From a virus (Duplodnaviria > Caudoviricetes), in IMG/VR virus record IMGVR_UViG_2639762957_000001, positions 1 to 64,000 of that record: DNA of 64,000 bases. The stretch is one strand, 5' to 3'. Each line of letters begins with the position of its first letter. Position 1 is the first letter of the stretch. Shown in pieces: positions 18,644-30,246 of this stretch. The notes beneath the pieces were generated by a model. It had not been told where the DNA came from. It made no database searches and saw only the letters and a program-made list of their open reading frames with translations. The position numbers and the translations under genes are program-made.

Positions 18644-19772
18644 ACTGAAGGCGATGACAAAGGAAGAACTTATCCAGGAACTAATCAAGGCCAAGATAAC
18701 CGAGGCACGGCTAAAAAAAGGCTACGAGGTGAAGGGGGATGGTACTGTAATTCTGTACGGCAACAAGATTATCAAGTAATCATGGAACTATCCGGAGAAA
18801 TTCCGGTGAAGCTTCTTTGCAAGACAATGGGCATCCAGAGGAGCAGTTTCTACGCTTGGAAAAAACATCTTTCTCAGCCGTCGGGCAAAGAAAAGCGCCT
18901 TTTGAGCAACGTCCTGCTGTTCCAGGAGTACCATTGGAAGTATCCATCGCACGGCTATCGCTGGCTGAACGCCAAGATACGGTTGGACAAAGAGATTGTC
19001 CTGTCCGATCCCTATGCCCACAAATGCTGTAGGATTGCGGGAATCAAGAGCAAATCCAAGCACTACAGGTACAAGAAGGCTGGCGATCCAGCGCGGATAT
19101 TTCCCAACCTGCTCATGTCTGAAATGCAGATCGATGGGCCAATGCAGTGCATCGTGAGTGATATGACCGCTTTTTATGTGAAAGGCATCTACCATGAACT
19201 GACTCTTTATATGGATCTATGGAACAATGAGATTGTCAGTCATTCCCTCTCTGCAAAACGCGGTGATCGCATGACTTACATCAGCGGACTGGAAAATCTG
19301 ATTGAGTGGCAAAAACGGCATCCGGAGCACCAAATGGTTCTCCATTCTGACCAGGGATCGGTCTACGCCTCCAAAGCCTACAACGAGCTATTGCCCATGT
19401 ACGGCATCACCCGATCCATGTCACGTGCCGGGACCCCCACAGACAATGCCGCTATGGAGTCCATCAATGGATGGATCAAGGCGGAGCTGTTCATGGACTT
19501 GCATGTGACCGGCGAGAAACCGGTCAAGGAGGAGGTGGATGACTACATTCTTTTCTTCAATGAACAGAGGCCAGCCTATTCCTTAGGCTACCTGACGCCG
19601 AAGCAGTATCGGGAACGTCACACGCCCATCTGCTGATCTCGTCTGCATTATCGATGGCATGGTTTGTCTAACAAGCTTGAAGGATGTCAGAAAAGTTGAT
19701 GAATCTTGTACATCGATTCGTTTTTTATGCCTGATTTTTTTAGTTTTGTGTCCAATTTTTGTTGACAAGTGC
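18545..19772 (+). mobile_element. IS3-family element, 5'-truncated
   Basis: orfA remnant with A7G slippery site (18713-18720), orfB DDE transposase, right end ...TTGACAAGTGCA. Confidence 0.8.
18782..19636 (+). CDS. IS3-family transposase OrfB
   Basis: HSDQGSVY, SMSRAGTPTDNAAMES motifs. Confidence 0.9.
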   Translation: MELSGEIPVKLLCKTMGIQRSSFYAWKKHLSQPSGKEKRLLSNVLLFQEYHWKYPSHGYRWLNAKIRLDKEIVLSDPYAHKCCRIAGIKSKSKHYRYKKAGDPARIFPNLLMSEMQIDGPMQCIVSDMTAFYVKGIYHELTLYMDLWNNEIVSHSLSAKRGDRMTYISGLENLIEWQKRHPEHQMVLHSDQGSVYASKAYNELLPMYGITRSMSRAGTPTDNAAMESINGWIKAELFMDLHVTGEKPVKEEVDDYILFFNEQRPAYSLGYLTPKQYRERHTPIC

Positions 19773-20339
19773 AAGTGACTGCATCTTTGATTGTATGAAG
19801 TGATGTATTAGTAATGGCAATAAGAGTGCTAATTGCTGATGATCACGCTCTATTGAGCCAATACGACCCGTTGAATTTGGCGGGTCGTTCAACAGATAGT
19901 AGGAGGTTATTATGAAGAAATTTTGTTTTTTGTTTTTGATAATCTGTGGCTTGATGGTTTTCTGCCTTCAGGATTGTCAAGCGCGGCAGAAATTAAATCT
20001 TGCTGATCTGGAAAATAAATATAACGCCGTGATTGGTGTTTACGCCGTTGACATGGAGAATGGAAAAAAAATTTGCTACAAACCTGATACGCGTTTTTCC
20101 TACTGCTCGACAATCAAAGTTTTTACGGCTGCAGAATTGCTAAGACAAAAAAATACCTCCGATTTGAATGAAATTCGTAAGTTTTCGGCGGAAGATATTT
20201 TGTCCTACGCGCCAATCACCAAAGACCATGTTGCTGATGGCATGACGCTGGCGGAAATTTGTTCGGCATCGCTCAGGTGGAGTGACAACACGGCGGCAAA
20301 TTTAATTTTGCAGGAGATCGGCGGCGTGGAAAATTTCAA
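19712..20339 (+). repeat. First copy of duplicated IS-end + aci1 5' block (second copy starts 25322)
   Basis: Near-identical sequence from ATCGATTCG at 19712 and 25322. Confidence 0.9.
19912..20339 (+). pseudogene. aci1: ACI-1 class A beta-lactamase, copy 1, interrupted (continues 25237-25321, then truncated)
   Basis: MKKFCFLFLIICGLMVFCLQDCQA; SxxK and SDN motifs; broken at GGVENF. Confidence 0.9.
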
Positions 20340-20511
20340 TTTGTAACGGAAAGACGAGGGTTCAAGTATTTTATAATACGGTATTAAGAAATTTTCCTCT
20401 TTTCTGCCCTAAATGTAAATTAACGCATATCGTTGATGTTGAAAAACTAGAAATCATAATCAAAAACTCTGAAAAACAAACTTTTTAATTTTGAAAAGGA
20501 AGGATATTTAA

Positions 20512-21501
20512 ATGAAACACTTACCTAAAAGTACACCTACGGAAATATTGAATGACCCATACGGATTTACTTACAAAGAAATGTCGGAAGTAATTGGAGA
20601 GGATAAAGCAAGAGCCTTATATACGGAATTGTATAAACAGCCATTTCACAAAGAAAATCTATCAATATCAACAAAAAAAGTCTATAAAAGTAGCGATACT
20701 GAAAAGTATGTTTATGAATTGAAAGATAACAGGTATATTGAAACGGTTTTTATTAAACGGCGAGATGGTGGGACTGTTTGCGTAAGTACGCAAGTTGGTT
20801 GTTCTGTTGGCTGTATTTTTTGTGAGTCCGGACGCAATGGTTTTGTTCGTAATCTAACACCGTCTGAAATTGTGCAGCAGGTTGTATTGATACGTCAAAA
20901 AGTAAATCGTATCGTTTTTATGGGAATGGGAGAACCTTTATTCAATTACGACAACTTGATTGCAGCAATCCATATTCTTCGAGATAGAAATGGACTTAAC
21001 TTTCCAACCGACGGCATTACCGTATCAACAGTTGGTCCAGTTAATCAATTAAAAAAATTGCGCGAAGAACATCTAAAAATTCAGTTGACAATATCTTTAC
21101 ATGCAGCAACACAGGCTGCGAGAAACTGTATCATTCCTCATATGCACATGTACGCTATTGAAGATGTTGTTAAGCAAGCATTGTCCTATTCTCAAAGGCA
21201 TAATCGAAAAGTGGTATTTGCGTATTTGCTTTTACCAGGTATAAATGACCGTTCCTCAGATATAAGGCAACTTGCAAAATGGTTTAAGGGCAAAAATGTT
21301 ATGATTAACGTGCTGCAATACAACCCGACGAGTAATTCAAAAATTAGAGCACCACAAAAACAAGAAATGGTTGCGTTCAAACATCAATTAGAGCAAACAG
21401 GACTTGAAGTTACCATGAGAGTTTCTCATGGTAGAGAGATTAAAGCAGCTTGTGGACAGTTAGCTAATACATATAATAAAGCCAAAAAACAACAGAAATA
21501 A
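20512..21501 (+). CDS. Cfr/RlmN-family radical SAM 23S rRNA methyltransferase
   Basis: CVSTQVGCSVGCIFC, FMGMGEP, ISLHA, AACGQL. Confidence 0.88.
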   Translation: MKHLPKSTPTEILNDPYGFTYKEMSEVIGEDKARALYTELYKQPFHKENLSISTKKVYKSSDTEKYVYELKDNRYIETVFIKRRDGGTVCVSTQVGCSVGCIFCESGRNGFVRNLTPSEIVQQVVLIRQKVNRIVFMGMGEPLFNYDNLIAAIHILRDRNGLNFPTDGITVSTVGPVNQLKKLREEHLKIQLTISLHAATQAARNCIIPHMHMYAIEDVVKQALSYSQRHNRKVVFAYLLLPGINDRSSDIRQLAKWFKGKNVMINVLQYNPTSNSKIRAPQKQEMVAFKHQLEQTGLEVTMRVSHGREIKAACGQLANTYNKAKKQQK

Positions 21502-22037
21502 TTTAATTAAAAGAGCCAGACGCACAGACGCAGAGCCGATAATATGCAGTTTGAAATACTGCTGTTATCGGCTCTTTTTTGATTTTAATTTGTGCCCCTA
21601 ATAACCATATTGGAGCAAAATCAGAACTGTTGCTTGTCGTTCTTTGATTTCCGCAGCAGCTTTGAAAAATCAAAGCCGCCGTTTCTTTTTATCTTCTAAT
21701 GAAATGACGCGGTATCACTGTTAAAAGCGGCGGCTAAAGGAGGTAGCCGCCATGAAGCACATACCCTATCGACAAAATCCGACGGTCATTGACATATCAA
21801 AAAAAGCCCGACCACCGCCGGGAACCTCTCTACCCTTGACTATGAACTGTCTAATCATCTAAATACTGCTTACAATACCTATACGCCTGTCCGGGCTTTT
21901 CGGACAGGCGTATTTTGCTGCTCAAAAAATTTTTTGAAAAAATTTCAAAAAATCTTCGGCGTTTTTCAAAAACGCCGTATTGCCCCGCGAAAAGGGGGAA
22001 GCACCACCAACTTTCCAACGAGAAAGGAGGTGAGAAT

Positions 22038-22478
22038 GTGGAACCTAATAGCAGGGAGTTTTACAAACAATGTGCTTTTCAGAAGTTTTGTAATACGGTG
22101 CTGCACAATGAAGCGTGTGACGCTCACAGGGAGCTGCACAGGCATAAGGCAAGGGAAGTCACCTTTTCCGATTTGCCCTTAGACGAAGCGCGGCAGCTTC
22201 ATACCTTTGATGAATATTTCAAACGGGAAACCGCCGAAACCGTCTTTGAGAAAGCCGGGAAGAAAATCACGCCGAAGCTGCTTCTTGAAGCAATCCGTAC
22301 TTTGCCGGAAGAAAAGCGCAAAGCCGTACTCCTGTACTATTTCGAGGGAATGAACGACACCGAGATTGCGAAGTTGTTCAATACATCGAGAAGCACGATA
22401 CAGTACAGGCGGACAAGCTCTTTTGAGAAATTAAGAAAATATCTGGAGGAAAATGCTGATGAATGGGACGAATGGTAA
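22038..22478 (+). CDS. Sigma70 region-4 protein (Tn916 Orf7-like)
   Basis: LPEEKRKAVLLYYFEGMNDTEIAKLFNTSRSTIQYRR; GTG start after AAAGGAGG. Confidence 0.85.
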   Translation: MEPNSREFYKQCAFQKFCNTVLHNEACDAHRELHRHKAREVTFSDLPLDEARQLHTFDEYFKRETAETVFEKAGKKITPKLLLEAIRTLPEEKRKAVLLYYFEGMNDTEIAKLFNTSRSTIQYRRTSSFEKLRKYLEENADEWDEW

Positions 22479-22719
22479 CGAACCCGGCTACCCGGAAAAT
22501 GCCCTTGTTCCCTATCCTGTCATTGTGGCAGCGACAAAGGGTGACCCGGACGCCATGAAGATTGTCTTGCAGCATTTTAGCGGCTACATAGCCCGCCTCT
22601 CCATGCGGAAGCTGTACGACGAGCGCGGGAACGTCTATTTCGGCGTAGACCACGACATTCGGGAACGGCTGCAAGCAAAACTGATGATGGCTGTCCTCAC
22701 CTTTAGGACAGAGGAATAA
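22453..22719 (+). CDS. HTH protein (Tn916 Orf8-like)
   Basis: PYPVIVAATKGDPDAMKIVLQHFSGYI. Confidence 0.85.
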   Translation: MLMNGTNGNEPGYPENALVPYPVIVAATKGDPDAMKIVLQHFSGYIARLSMRKLYDERGNVYFGVDHDIRERLQAKLMMAVLTFRTEE

Positions 22720-23196
22720 CCGCAACGGCGGCGGGACGCTTTCTCTCACCCCCTTTTCCGTTCCGCTGTTGACGCGGGTAGCACAGCCATTTTGAACCTT
22801 GAAAAAGAAAGCGGCGCAAGATAACGGCGGCGCAGCATAGGGCAAATCGGATACGTTCCTTTTGCGTCGAGCCATACGGCGGGTGCGCCATGACGCTATC
22901 CGGGCGAGGTTATCACCGCCCGGACAGCCGAGCGACCAACACCGCGCCGGAAAGCAAGTGTAGCGGTTTGCGGGCAACGACACGCAGAATATACAATGAT
23001 ACTTCCTTACAGCCACAGTCCGAGCGTTAAGAGCGTCGCAGGCAATGGGTAGGGCTGCATGAGAACCATGCCGGGGTGAAATTCCCATGAGGTTATGCTA
23101 ATAACCGTCCGATTAAAGCCTTTGTTTTATTGAATAGTGGACTTGCTGCTATTCATAGACTGTATTATATGTTTGCGAAAGAAAGGGGGATTTTCT

Positions 23197-23364
23197 TTGA
23201 CGCAAAACCAAACGCCCGTTACCACAACGGAGCATAAAATCGGAAAAGTTACTTACCTTGTATGTTCGTCTGCAAGTGAACGCGCAACGGACACACTGGA
23301 TAAAAAGATAAAAAAGCTCATTCGCAAAGACATGGAGCTGAACCCCGCAAACGCCCGAAAATAG
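23197..23364 (+). CDS. TnpW-family transposon protein
   Basis: KIGKVTYLV...ATDTLDKKIKKLI. Confidence 0.75.
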   Translation: MTQNQTPVTTTEHKIGKVTYLVCSSASERATDTLDKKIKKLIRKDMELNPANARK

Positions 23365-23419
23365 GGCGTTTCTTCACATTTTATACATGACACAGGCAGC
23401 GGTATGTGGTATAATATAG

Positions 23420-24313
<894 letters not shown>

Positions 24314-24390
24314 CACCGCGGGTTATGTTGCGGTGAATCCGTATTGCATAGCTCGCTTATTGGGCAAGTAATATAATAACGGAGGGAATA

Positions 24391-25224
24391 ATGAATAAAA
24401 TACTTAGATTTAGTGACAGTGAAAAAGTTTTTCAATGTCCTATATGTAAAACAGATTTAAAATTGAAACAAAAAAGTTTATTTTGTTCTAATCATCATTG
24501 TTTCGATATTTCAAAAACGGGTTATGTGAACTTTGCTGTAGGAACAAAATCTTCAAAACATTATAGCAGAGAGACTTTTCAAATTAGGCGGGAGGTTTTA
24601 GAAAAAGGCTATTATTCACATATCCTGAATGAAGTGGTGCAGCTTATAAAAAGCTTTAGCAGCATTGATACAATACTTGATATTGGCTGCGGTGAAGGAT
24701 ATTATTCAAAGCAGATAAAAGAAGTATCAGGTGATAAAGAAATTATTGCATTTGATATTTCTAAAGATGCTGTTCAGCTTGCAGCAAAAAGTGATTTCAG
24801 TAATTCTATCAAATGGTTTGTGGGAAATTTGGAAGAAATGCCCATAAAAGACAAAAGGATAGATTGCATATTAGATATTTTTACTCCTGCTAACTATTCC
24901 GAATTTAACAGAGTTTTGAAAGAAGGCGGTTATGTAATTAAGGTAATTCCGGGAAATGCTCATCTTAAGGAGCTTCGAGAGACGGCAAAAGAACAATTGA
25001 AAAGCAATCAATATTCTAATGCGGCTGTCGTAGATTATTTCCAAAAGAAGTATTCCGTTGTTTATCACAAGAAAGTTTCAGCAACGTATACAATGACATC
25101 CGAGGAAATAAAAACCTTTGCGGATATGACTCCACTACTGTTTTGTGTAAATAAAGATGGAATAGATTTAAAAAAAACAAAAGAAATCACTATTGATGCA
25201 GAGATATTTGCAGGGAAATTATAA
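24391..25224 (+). CDS. RlmA-family 23S rRNA m1G methyltransferase (RlmAII/TlrB/MyrA-like)
   Basis: FQCPIC...CSNHHCFDISKTGYVN Zn finger; LDIGCGEGYY; FDISKDAV; HLKELR. Confidence 0.85.
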   Translation: MNKILRFSDSEKVFQCPICKTDLKLKQKSLFCSNHHCFDISKTGYVNFAVGTKSSKHYSRETFQIRREVLEKGYYSHILNEVVQLIKSFSSIDTILDIGCGEGYYSKQIKEVSGDKEIIAFDISKDAVQLAAKSDFSNSIKWFVGNLEEMPIKDKRIDCILDIFTPANYSEFNRVLKEGGYVIKVIPGNAHLKELRETAKEQLKSNQYSNAAVVDYFQKKYSVVYHKKVSATYTMTSEEIKTFADMTPLLFCVNKDGIDLKKTKEITIDAEIFAGKL

Positions 25225-25521
25225 ATTCAATTTCAAGGTGGCACTTAAAAATATTGGCGACAAAACTACCAAACCTGCGCGAAATGAACCTGAACTTAAT
25301 CTTTTCAATCCAAAAGATAATATCGATTCGTTTTTTATGCCTGATTTTTTTAGTTTTGTGTCCAATTTTTGTTGACAAGTGCAAGTGACTGCATCTTTGA
25401 TTGTATGAAGTGATGTATTAGTAATGGCAATAAGAGTGCTAATTGCTGATGATCACGCTCTATTGAGCCAATACGACCCGTTGAATTTGGCGGGTCGTTC
25501 AACAGATAGTAGGAGGTTATT

Positions 25522-26377
25522 ATGAAGAAATTTTGTTTTTTGTTTTTGATAATCTGTGGCTTGATGGTTTTCTGCCTTCAGGATTGTCAAGCGCGGCAGA
25601 AATTAAATCTTGCTGATCTGGAAAATAAATATAACGCCGTGATTGGTGTTTACGCCGTTGACATGGAGAATGGAAAAAAAATTTAGCTACAAACCTGATA
25701 CGCGTTTTTCCTACTGCTCGACACACAAAGTTTTTACGGCTGCAGAATTGCTAAGACAAAAAAATACCTCCGATTTGAATGAAATTCGTAAGTTTTCGGC
25801 GGAAGATATTTTGTCCTACGCGCCAATCACCAAAGACCATGTTGCTGATGGCATGACGCTGGCGGAAATTTGTTCGGCATCGCTCAGGTGGAGTGACAAC
25901 ACGGCGGCAAATTTAATTTTGCAGGAGATCGGCGGCGTGGAAAATTTCAAGGTGGCACTTAAAAATATTGGCGACAAAACTACCAAACCTGCGCGAAATG
26001 AACCTGAACTTAATCTTTTCAATCCAAAAGATAATCGTGATACTAGCACGCCGAGACAGATGGTAAAAAATTTGCAAGTCTATATATTCGGCGATATTTT
26101 GAGCGACGACAAGAAAAAACTGCTGATTGATTGGATGAGCGACAATTCCATAACCGACACGCTTATCAAGGCAGAAACTCCGCAAGGTTGGAAAGTTATC
26201 GACAAGAGCGGTTCAGGCGATTATGGGGCGCGGAATGATATTGCCGTGATTTATCCGCCCAATCGCAAACCCATTGTCATGGCGATAATGTCGCGCCGCA
26301 CGGAAAAAAATGCAAAATCTGACGACGCTATGATTGCGGAGGCGGCAAAACGAATTTTTGATAATTTAGTATTTTAA
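25522..26377 (+). pseudogene. aci1: ACI-1 beta-lactamase, copy 2, full length but with +1 insertion giving TAG at 25684
   Basis: ATTTAGCTAC vs ATTTGCTAC in copy 1; downstream STHK, SDN, EPELN, DKSG intact. Confidence 0.85.
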
Positions 26378-26520
26378 AGGGGCTTGATAGCATCGGTATT
26401 GCCGATGGGCAGAGAGGGCCATCACGCAAAAATATTTCGCCAAACATTTATATCTCACTCAAACTTCGCACACCTGAAACCCTTACTATTATATCATATT
26501 CCGATTTTCTTCATCAAAAA

Positions 26521-26575
26521 TACGGCAGAGAATCCTGCGTTTCCTCTTGGATTCTCTGCCGTAATCCTTTTTTCC
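26521..26575. terminator. Hairpin terminator
   Basis: TACGGCAGAGAATCC...GGATTCTCTGCCGTA plus T tract. Confidence 0.65.
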
Positions 26576-26578
26576 TGC

Positions 26579-26839
26579 TTATGCTCTGATTTCCGTCCCG
26601 TCCTTGAAGGTCACCCGGATATCGTCTTTGCTGTACACTGTGATGAAATCCACCAGGCTGCCCCACAGCCGGGCATCGAACTCCTTAATGAGATCCTGAT
26701 TCCTAAGCTCCTTGATGAAGCTGTCCATCTGACGGCTCCGGGCCTTGCGATACTGGATGGCTTCACAGGTCTTGTCGTACTGCGTCTTCGCTGCTTCATA
26801 CCGACTGACCAGTTCGTTGTAGTTCCGGTCATAATCATC
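26579..26839 (-). pseudogene. Large serine recombinase C-terminal fragment
   Basis: EFDARLWGSLVDFITVYSKDDIRVTFKDGTEI typical LSR tail. Confidence 0.7.
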
Positions 26840-27442
26840 AAGCGGCTTATCCTGGTCTTTTAAAGTACCATAGGTTCTAAGGTATTCATGAAGTTCCGAT
26901 GCATCTTTTAAAATCTGTTCTGTTGTCTTTTCAAAATCTGTTTCTTCTTCGAGAACGTATCGGGTATAGTATTCATGAATGTTTTGTGGCGAAAAAGAAA
27001 CGAATGACTCTAAGTCTGGTAACATTTTATAGCTTTCCCGATCATCAACCCACAAAGGAGTGATTTCATGATGCTTTTCATTTCCAGAAACACCAACAGC
27101 AAACACCTTCTTGAAGTTACTGCCCTGAGCAATACGTTTGGCATAGAAATAAGCCCCGTTGACAGCATAATCAGTAACGGCTTTTGTATCCATATCAATA
27201 ATTCCGTTTTCTGTCAATTTAATCTGTTTGCTAGTATCGGCTTTATCTTCGACGACTAAAACAAAATCATCAATAACAGCTACGTATTCAGGATACCCAG
27301 CATGTCCTGTACCTCTCTTAGATGCTGTTTTCAATGCCTCATCCAACTCTTTTACAGTAGAACCTTGAGCATCATATTTTATTTCATTCTCTTTAAGCAT
27401 TGATGCAACCCAGATATCCGTATTTACTTCTTTTTTACTCAT
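26840..27442 (-). pseudogene. BcgIA-like RM enzyme, 5' fragment (nuclease domain)
   Basis: ASKRGTGHAGYPEY..VEDKAD..YAVNGAYFYA..ASELHEYLRTYG..DKPL. Confidence 0.75.
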
Positions 27443-27743
27443 GCTTATTCCCCTCTCTATGCTTTTCAATATATTCAAGAGCAGCTAATCTTAAAAAGGC
27501 CGATAAAGATAATCCATAATTTCTGGCTTTTTCCATAAATAAATATTTTTCGCCTTTCGACAAGCTGATAGAAATAGCAGTTCTTTTTTCTTCTTTTTCC
27601 ATAATAGTCTCTCCGAATTTTTGTTCTATATAAATGTCATTTTACCAAAAATTAGTTAATTCTTCAATAATTTTCTAGCAAAGGAAGGAATATCGTGATA
27701 ACCAGCACTTTCATTTAGCAATCGCTAATTAGTTTTGTCAATG

Positions 27744-27780
27744 TAAAAAGCGCTGCTTCGATCGAGGCGGCGCTTTTTTA
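27744..27780. terminator. Bidirectional terminator
   Basis: AAAAAGCGCTGCTTCGATCGAGGCGGCGCTTTTTT. Confidence 0.75.
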
Positions 27781-27787
27781 CTGCTCT

Positions 27788-28285
27788 CTATTCAATCTTG
27801 AATTTTGAAATGCTGTGGATTCGTACCGGCTTCCGGTCATATTCTCCCAGCTCGACATTGCTGAAGGTGATGGTATGCGTTTCTTTCCGGCGTACATCGA
27901 CCAGGTCCTGTACAAAGGTCCGCTGTCCGATACGCATGATATGGGTCACGAGCGGGCAGGCCGTGATGGTCAGGACGGCACGATACATGATGAATTGCCG
28001 TTCTCCCGGATCAAGCTGCATCGAGGAAATCTGGATATGGCCATGGAAGCCGGCTTTCTTGAGGAGACGGGGTACATTGGCCTTGATGGCGGCTACGAGG
28101 TCGCCCTGTTCATGGTTCAGGATGTCGCTATACCGGTCCGTATCGGAACGATAGAACCATTGATGATCCGCATAAATATAGGCATCTTTCCGGTCCGGAT
28201 GTTTCTTCAGCCATTCCTGGCCTTTTTCAATCGTATAGACATTATGCAGCCAGTTGCGGCCATTCGTTACCAGTACATGTTTCAT
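27788..28285 (-). CDS. Hypothetical protein
   Basis: ORF with RBS GGGAG. Confidence 0.7.
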   Translation of the reverse strand: MKHVLVTNGRNWLHNVYTIEKGQEWLKKHPDRKDAYIYADHQWFYRSDTDRYSDILNHEQGDLVAAIKANVPRLLKKAGFHGHIQISSMQLDPGERQFIMYRAVLTITACPLVTHIMRIGQRTFVQDLVDVRRKETHTITFSNVELGEYDRKPVRIHSISKFKIE

Positions 28286-28437
28286 TTCCCATTCTCCCTT
28301 TCATTGATTCATCACATCGCTAAAATTCTATCAGTCTTTTCTCTTCCCGTCTATGGATAACCGCTCCGATTGTGCACAGTCTTGTGTAGTTCCCAGCAGA
28401 GGCAGGAACATCTCACATATAATCTCCTTTCTTATGC

Positions 28438-28950
28438 TCATCTCCATATCACGACATATAGAATCATCATGGCCATACTGTAAAGGCAGACGCCGGTATG
28501 CTCCTTTGCGGAATTGACCCGGAAAAATCGTTTTCCCCATCGCTTCCCTCTCATTTTGTAGTTCGGTACGGTCCCACATAACGCGTCTTCGACGATATGG
28601 AATATCCCTCCGGCTGCAACCAAGGCTATGATGACGGCAATATTAGGAAGCAGCTGGGCTTTGAACGGATTGTATAACAGCGTCGATGTCAGATAATGAA
28701 GGTTCCAGGATATAGGCCGGCCATACATGACAGCTCCGGCCAGGAGCAGGACGACCAGCCAGGGAACGAACCAATGACTCCACTGCCGGTGCTGCCGCTT
28801 ATATTCATAGTCCTTATTGAACTTCCACGGCGGCGTTTCCATCAGGTCAGGCAAGGTAGCCGCCGCAGCGGCTACGATACCATAGACCGGGTTCCCGGTG
28901 ATGACCATGACTGTAAGGCCCGTAACAATCTTATGATTAATCCATTTCAT
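28438..28950 (-). CDS. YdjM/DUF457-like membrane metal-dependent hydrolase
   Basis: H..LPD..HRQWSH..FHIVEDAL pattern, TM segments. Confidence 0.8.
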   Translation of the reverse strand: MKWINHKIVTGLTVMVITGNPVYGIVAAAAATLPDLMETPPWKFNKDYEYKRQHRQWSHWFVPWLVVLLLAGAVMYGRPISWNLHYLTSTLLYNPFKAQLLPNIAVIIALVAAGGIFHIVEDALCGTVPNYKMRGKRWGKRFFRVNSAKEHTGVCLYSMAMMILYVVIWR

Positions 28951-29257
28951 CGGTATCCCCTTCTTGTACGACGTCCAGCAAAATCCGATGTACTTTTTTC
29001 GGATCGGTTGGGTCCGTATCGATCAGATACGGAACGACACAATCTTTCTGCCAGTCCGTGAAGAGATGAGTGCAGAGATGGCCATTGGCCAATTTGACAG
29101 CAGGGCTTCCGAATTCTGTCTTGACTGGTTCAGCCCCTTCCGGAAGCTGCACCGTAATCTCATCCCAGTTATACGGATGCGTCTTCAAAGGCTGCAAGAA
29201 AAACGCTTCCTTATATCCGTATACCTGGTAACATTTATAAATCTTCATCGTATTCAT
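28937..29257 (-). CDS. Hypothetical protein
   Basis: Overlaps neighbours in operon. Confidence 0.65.
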   Translation of the reverse strand: MNTMKIYKCYQVYGYKEAFFLQPLKTHPYNWDEITVQLPEGAEPVKTEFGSPAVKLANGHLCTHLFTDWQKDCVVPYLIDTDPTDPKKVHRILLDVVQEGDTDEMD

Positions 29258-29699
29258 CTATATCTACCCTTTCTTCTTTATTTTGCTTATCCCAGGACTT
29301 CCGTTCCAGCCGGCAGGTCGCCTTTGGGTGTTCGTCCCGATGGTCGATCCACCAGGCAGCCTGAGTCTGCCCTGTATACCAGGCATAGAACTTTCGAGCC
29401 TTCTCTTGCACTTCTGGTGGAAGATTCGTAGCCAGGAAAATCTTTGCTTCTTCAATCCGTTTAGCGCGGATGACTACAGCCCAATCAATCTGTTTCTGAC
29501 TGCCCGTAAGCGTCGGCAGGTTCAGACCTGCCATTTCCTTGATAGCTATTTCGGTTCTCTTTTTGTTTTCATTGGCTTGACAGTTCGGACACAGGCAGTT
29601 CGTTTCCATCCACTTGATTTTCCGGTCACGGTCTGCGCTTTTGCCGTAGATTTGAATAACCCCTGCGTGACCACACGCATAAACAATGTCATATTTCAT
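29235..29699 (-). CDS. Hypothetical phage/ICE protein with Zn-binding N-terminus
   Basis: CGH...CPNC; LPTLTGSQKQIDWA..IR; AAWWIDHR. Confidence 0.75.
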   Translation of the reverse strand: MKYDIVYACGHAGVIQIYGKSADRDRKIKWMETNCLCPNCQANENKKRTEIAIKEMAGLNLPTLTGSQKQIDWAVVIRAKRIEEAKIFLATNLPPEVQEKARKFYAWYTGQTQAAWWIDHRDEHPKATCRLERKSWDKQNKEERVDIDEYDEDL

Positions 29700-29731
29700 A
29701 GTTTATCCCTCCTGTTATTACATTATGCAGG

Positions 29732-29790
29732 CTTAATAGTTCCTAATAGTGTCTAATAGGTCTTAATAATGCTTAATAGTGCTTATGATT
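29732..29790. repeat. Phased 10-bp repeat array (CYTAWTARG-N)
   Basis: CTTAATAGTT/CCTAATAGTG/TCTAATAGGT/CTTAATAATG/CTTAATAGTG. Confidence 0.8.
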
Positions 29791-30147
29791 TTCTCTATAT
29801 CTTGTAGCCGCTTCTAATGCTTTGACGTGGACTTTAGTATAATCGTCGATGATATTTCTGGCATCTTCTAAGTCATCGTCTGTGAAATAATCACGGGGAT
29901 CAAAACTGCCGGTCTTGTCTACACAGTAAAAAAACTTCAAAACGGTGGACATGACCTGGGCTGGATCTTTGACCATGGCTTCACTCTGTCCTAAAGCCGT
30001 CAGGGCCACTTTCCAGTTATCGTCCAGCTTATACCTCATTCGTTGATGTTGCTTTACGTCATAGGCGTAGATGTAGCGGTTCCCGATATAGAAAGTGCGG
30101 TTATCTGTACACACATTGAGTAAAATCTTCCAAGGAGCTTTCATCAT
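29773..30147 (-). CDS. Hypothetical protein
   Basis: ORF with RBS GAGG. Confidence 0.65.
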   Translation of the reverse strand: MMKAPWKILLNVCTDNRTFYIGNRYIYAYDVKQHQRMRYKLDDNWKVALTALGQSEAMVKDPAQVMSTVLKFFYCVDKTGSFDPRDYFTDDDLEDARNIIDDYTKVHVKALEAATRYRENHKHY

Positions 30148-30169
30148 TGCATACCTCTTCTCATAGAAA

Positions 30170-30240
30170 TCTATAGGGTCTAATAGGTCTTAATAGGAAC
30201 GAATAAGCCTTAATAAGTCCTATTAGACCCTATTAGTGTC
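30170..30240. repeat. Phased 10-bp repeat array (CYTAWTARG-N)
   Basis: TCTAATAGGT/CTTAATAGGA/ACGAATAAGC/CTTAATAAGT/CCTATTAGAC/CCTATTAGTG. Confidence 0.8.
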
Positions 30241-30246
30241 TTTTAA

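Noticed and set aside
19755-19815. IS-derived hybrid promoter for aci1 (TTGACA in IS end)
   Set aside because: No credible -10 at 16-18 bp
20512-21501. Assigning the symbol cfr or rlmN
   Set aside because: Motifs do not discriminate without phylogeny or assay
26579-27478. 299-aa ORF as a single genuine gene
   Set aside because: In-frame chimera of RM 5' fragment and recombinase 3' fragment
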